Source of the DNA: Raillietiella orientalis
Taxonomy: Eukaryota
DNA length: 46,727 nt
NCBI GenBank assembly: GCA_036172245.1
Contig: JAYWIR010000108.1
Span: 124,001-170,727, forward strand
Direction of reading: 5' to 3'
Below, one piece after another: positions 44,179 to 46,727 of the stretch (the first letter of the stretch is position 1; each line of letters begins with the position of its first letter). The notes under the pieces are model-generated. The model saw only the letters and a list, made by a program, of their open reading frames with translations. It had not been told where the DNA came from and ran no database searches. Both the position numbers and the translations under genes were made by a program.

Positions 44179-46727
44179 ACCCGAATGTGCCGGGGCGTTT
44201 ATTGTAAAACTATCCGGGAACAATGCTCCCGGACAAAGGATACAGAGAAGACGAATAGGGTAGGATCCCCCGCACGCAGGTCGGTATACCAAAAGTCCGA
44301 AACGGGAGGCAGGGACCACAAGTACACCAGTATAAAAAATATTAATAAAAATATGGAGGGCAGTGGACAAAGGCCTTTGGTTCGGCCGTTTTCTCCTTTT
44401 ATAACCGGCGATGGATACCGGCGATATCTCTCATTTCGCTCTGTGGTAGATGGGTTCACTCGGCAGCCCACCACATGCTTGCGCTGGCTAATCCGGTGGG
44501 CTGACGAAGGACGGCCAGCTTCTCCACTTCTCGGTGGGCCTTGTCGATGGTGCGGGTGCAAAACAAGGTTGCAACGACAGCACCTAAAGACAGGGAGCCT
44601 GGTGTGAAGAAGCGGCGCTTCAAGTATCTGGCGGTGTCCTGGTGCAGGAGAGCTAGGGCCAGCCGCCAACACAGTACTAGGAGAACACCGCAGTCCAGGA
44701 GCAGGTGCTCCAGCGTCTCGAATTACCCGCACCGTTTACAGTTTGAGAAGACAACTCCCCCGAAAACGCTGTCGTCCGCTGGTTGGAAAGAAAACCCCAA
44801 TGCACCAGCATGATGACGTCCTGCTTCCACAAAAGGGGGAACACGGAAGTGTTCAAACAGGAGGAAGGGACAACAAGTACTTTGGGGGGCACACTAAAGC
44901 GTTCACTCCATTAAAGTAGTCTTTTCGAGATGTAGCGAGGCGTGACAACGTCTTAGAGCTCGCAAGTCATCCAGCCGCCAATGATTCGTGTTGTTCCTGC
45001 AATGGTGCATGCGACCTCCCATCTCGCCTGTTCGCAGCTGTCATCTCTTGCTCTGAGGGTTGACAGCGCATCGGAGAGAGGCGTGACGGCAAAGGCGAGT
45101 CCACTGAATCTGGCAATGCACACCTCATCCAACGTGCAGTATGGGAAGAGGTAAGCGCACCGGAGTTCCGAAGGATAGCACTTTGGTGCTTTGCCCAGCC
45201 ATGCAAAGGTTCCTCCCACCAGGATTGAAAGTTCGTTGGCGCACAGGGCTAACATGCGGAGGTGCACCTGCAGATCGATTCTCTCCAGCATCACAAGGCC
45301 CATGCCAGCATCACAACGCGGAGGCGCCAAGTCTTTAAGGCGGATACTGGACCTCGCCGGTCCCCACAGGGCGTTCCGCAACAGGCGTTGCGCTTGACGC
45401 ATAGCCGAGTAGAAAGGAGGACAAACAAAAAAGAAAGGACGGAGGAGGGGGGCAACAAATATGTTCCACACGTAATCCCGTTCCGAGAGGTGAAAGCTGC
45501 CGCCTCAGAACGGGCCCAGAGCAGTCTGGGCCTTGTGAAGGCAGTCCGACAACGGTTCTGCTAGACAGAAGGCGCCCAAGGAAACGTCAAGGTACTTGAA
45601 GAACCTGCCCGTTGGGATCCCTAAGCGGATCCAGTCGGACTGCCCCTCCCACGAAGAGCCAATCGGTACAACGGTTGATTTCGTCCTCTTGACGCTCAGG
45701 CCCACTCAACGACGAATGAGCTCGAAGAAGTCCTCGATCATGGACGGCGGGGAGGACATGGGCAGCAGCAGGACAAGGTCGTCAGTATAGGCGGCCACGG
45801 CCATTGTTCCCCGGCAGGAGCAAGGCAGGCTGGCCGGCGTCAGCCTGTACGACCTCGACACCAACTCAAAGAAGATGCTGAAGAGCAGGCAGCTTAAGCT
45901 GTCTCCCTGCTCGATACCCCGCCGTATGGGAATGCCGTACACGTGGTGCCCGCTGAAGGAGATACAGCAGTAACGCGTGGTGCCAACAGAAGCTCAAGTA
46001 AGCGATGAGGTGCGTCGGGAAGCCTAGGCGTCCCAGAAGCTCTAGAAGGAGGTCCTGGATTTCTCTGTCAAACGCTTTGCAGAGATCGACGGCGAGCGCT
46101 TAGGCTCTTGGCGTTCCATCGTGCCTTGAACACCGCCGCTTACCTTTGGCAGCTGCGATTTTGGCTGCCTGGCTCTGCTGCTCCACGCGCTGCTGCATCT
46201 GGAAACATGTTCGCGCGTAGAGGAGATTCGCGTCCATGGGTCGCCTCGGAACAGCATACATCTGCTCCGTACTTATTCAGCAGTCCGCGATTTTTTCCAG
46301 GCGCGCGACCCATAGCTTCAACAACAACTTGAAGTCCGAATTCACCAAGGTGATCGGACTCAAGCTGCTGAGGTGGCGCAAATCTTCGCCTTTCAGGAAT
46401 ACATGCACCTTTGCTGAGCGGAAAGAAGCGTTAACATCCCCCGTCTTACTCATCAGCGAGGAAAGGCTTCGCACCCGAAGGACGAGCTCCGCAGCGAAGC
46501 AATGAAAGAACTCCGCGGACAGGCCATCCTTGCTATGCGCCTTACGCCTTTTCAGGTCCGCGAAAACGAAAGATACTTGTTCCGCCGTGAAGGACCAATC
46601 CAAACTAGAACGTTCCTTCTCATCGATAGCAGGGTTACCCGTCGGAAGAAGCAGCTCAGAGAGACTGCGTTTCGTAGGCCCCTCCTCGTACAACGAGAAG
46701 TAGTAGCGCTTGACTGCGCGGTGCACG
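44179..46727 (-). mobile_element. Decayed LINE ORF2 (linker, RT, C-terminus) to 3' terminus; runs off the window end
   Basis: KRRKAHSKDGLSAEFF, SPITLVNSD, RRGIEQGDSLS, AYTDDL, FKYLD and PLLWKQ..VHWG. AATAAA plus hairpin at 44203-44180. Confidence 0.9.

Noticed and set aside
1..46727. Prokaryotic RT systems (retron, group II intron, DGR), CRISPR arrays, or an alternative genetic code explaining the stops
   Set aside because: The RTs sit with an AP endonuclease and CCHC ORF1, as in eukaryotic LINEs. No repeat-spacer array was seen. The stops are of mixed types, fall at different places in different copies and come with frameshifts, which indicates decay.

Overview
Eukaryotic genomic DNA with two compartments. 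(1) About 1-28,100 and about 41,380-46,727 are almost entirely a GC-rich mosaic of nested, truncated and decayed L1/Tx1-like non-LTR retrotransposons on both strands: ORF1 with twin CCHC knuckles, and ORF2 with AP-endonuclease, RT (YADD) and a C-terminal CxxC..H..C motif. No copy is intact. Six element 3' ends finish in AATAAA plus a short GC hairpin, with no poly(A) tail. (2) About 28,100-41,380 is an AT-richer host island built around a 4.15-kb inverted repeat (29,936-34,093 / 35,587-39,741; spacer about 1.5 kb). Hand splicing reveals two head-to-head, 4-exon paralogous genes that the ORF track misses. They encode small Cys-containing, probably secreted proteins of 152 and 170 aa. The TATA box and signal-peptide exon are identical in both genes and the upstream region and most of intron 1 are near-identical, all lying inside the repeat arms. 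The mature-protein exons lie outside the arms and are only about 30% identical, yet keep the same exon 2 and 3 lengths and intron phases. This palindromic shared-promoter/divergent-product locus is the best candidate for an undescribed system. Retroelement fragment boundaries are approximate, and all alignments were done by eye.
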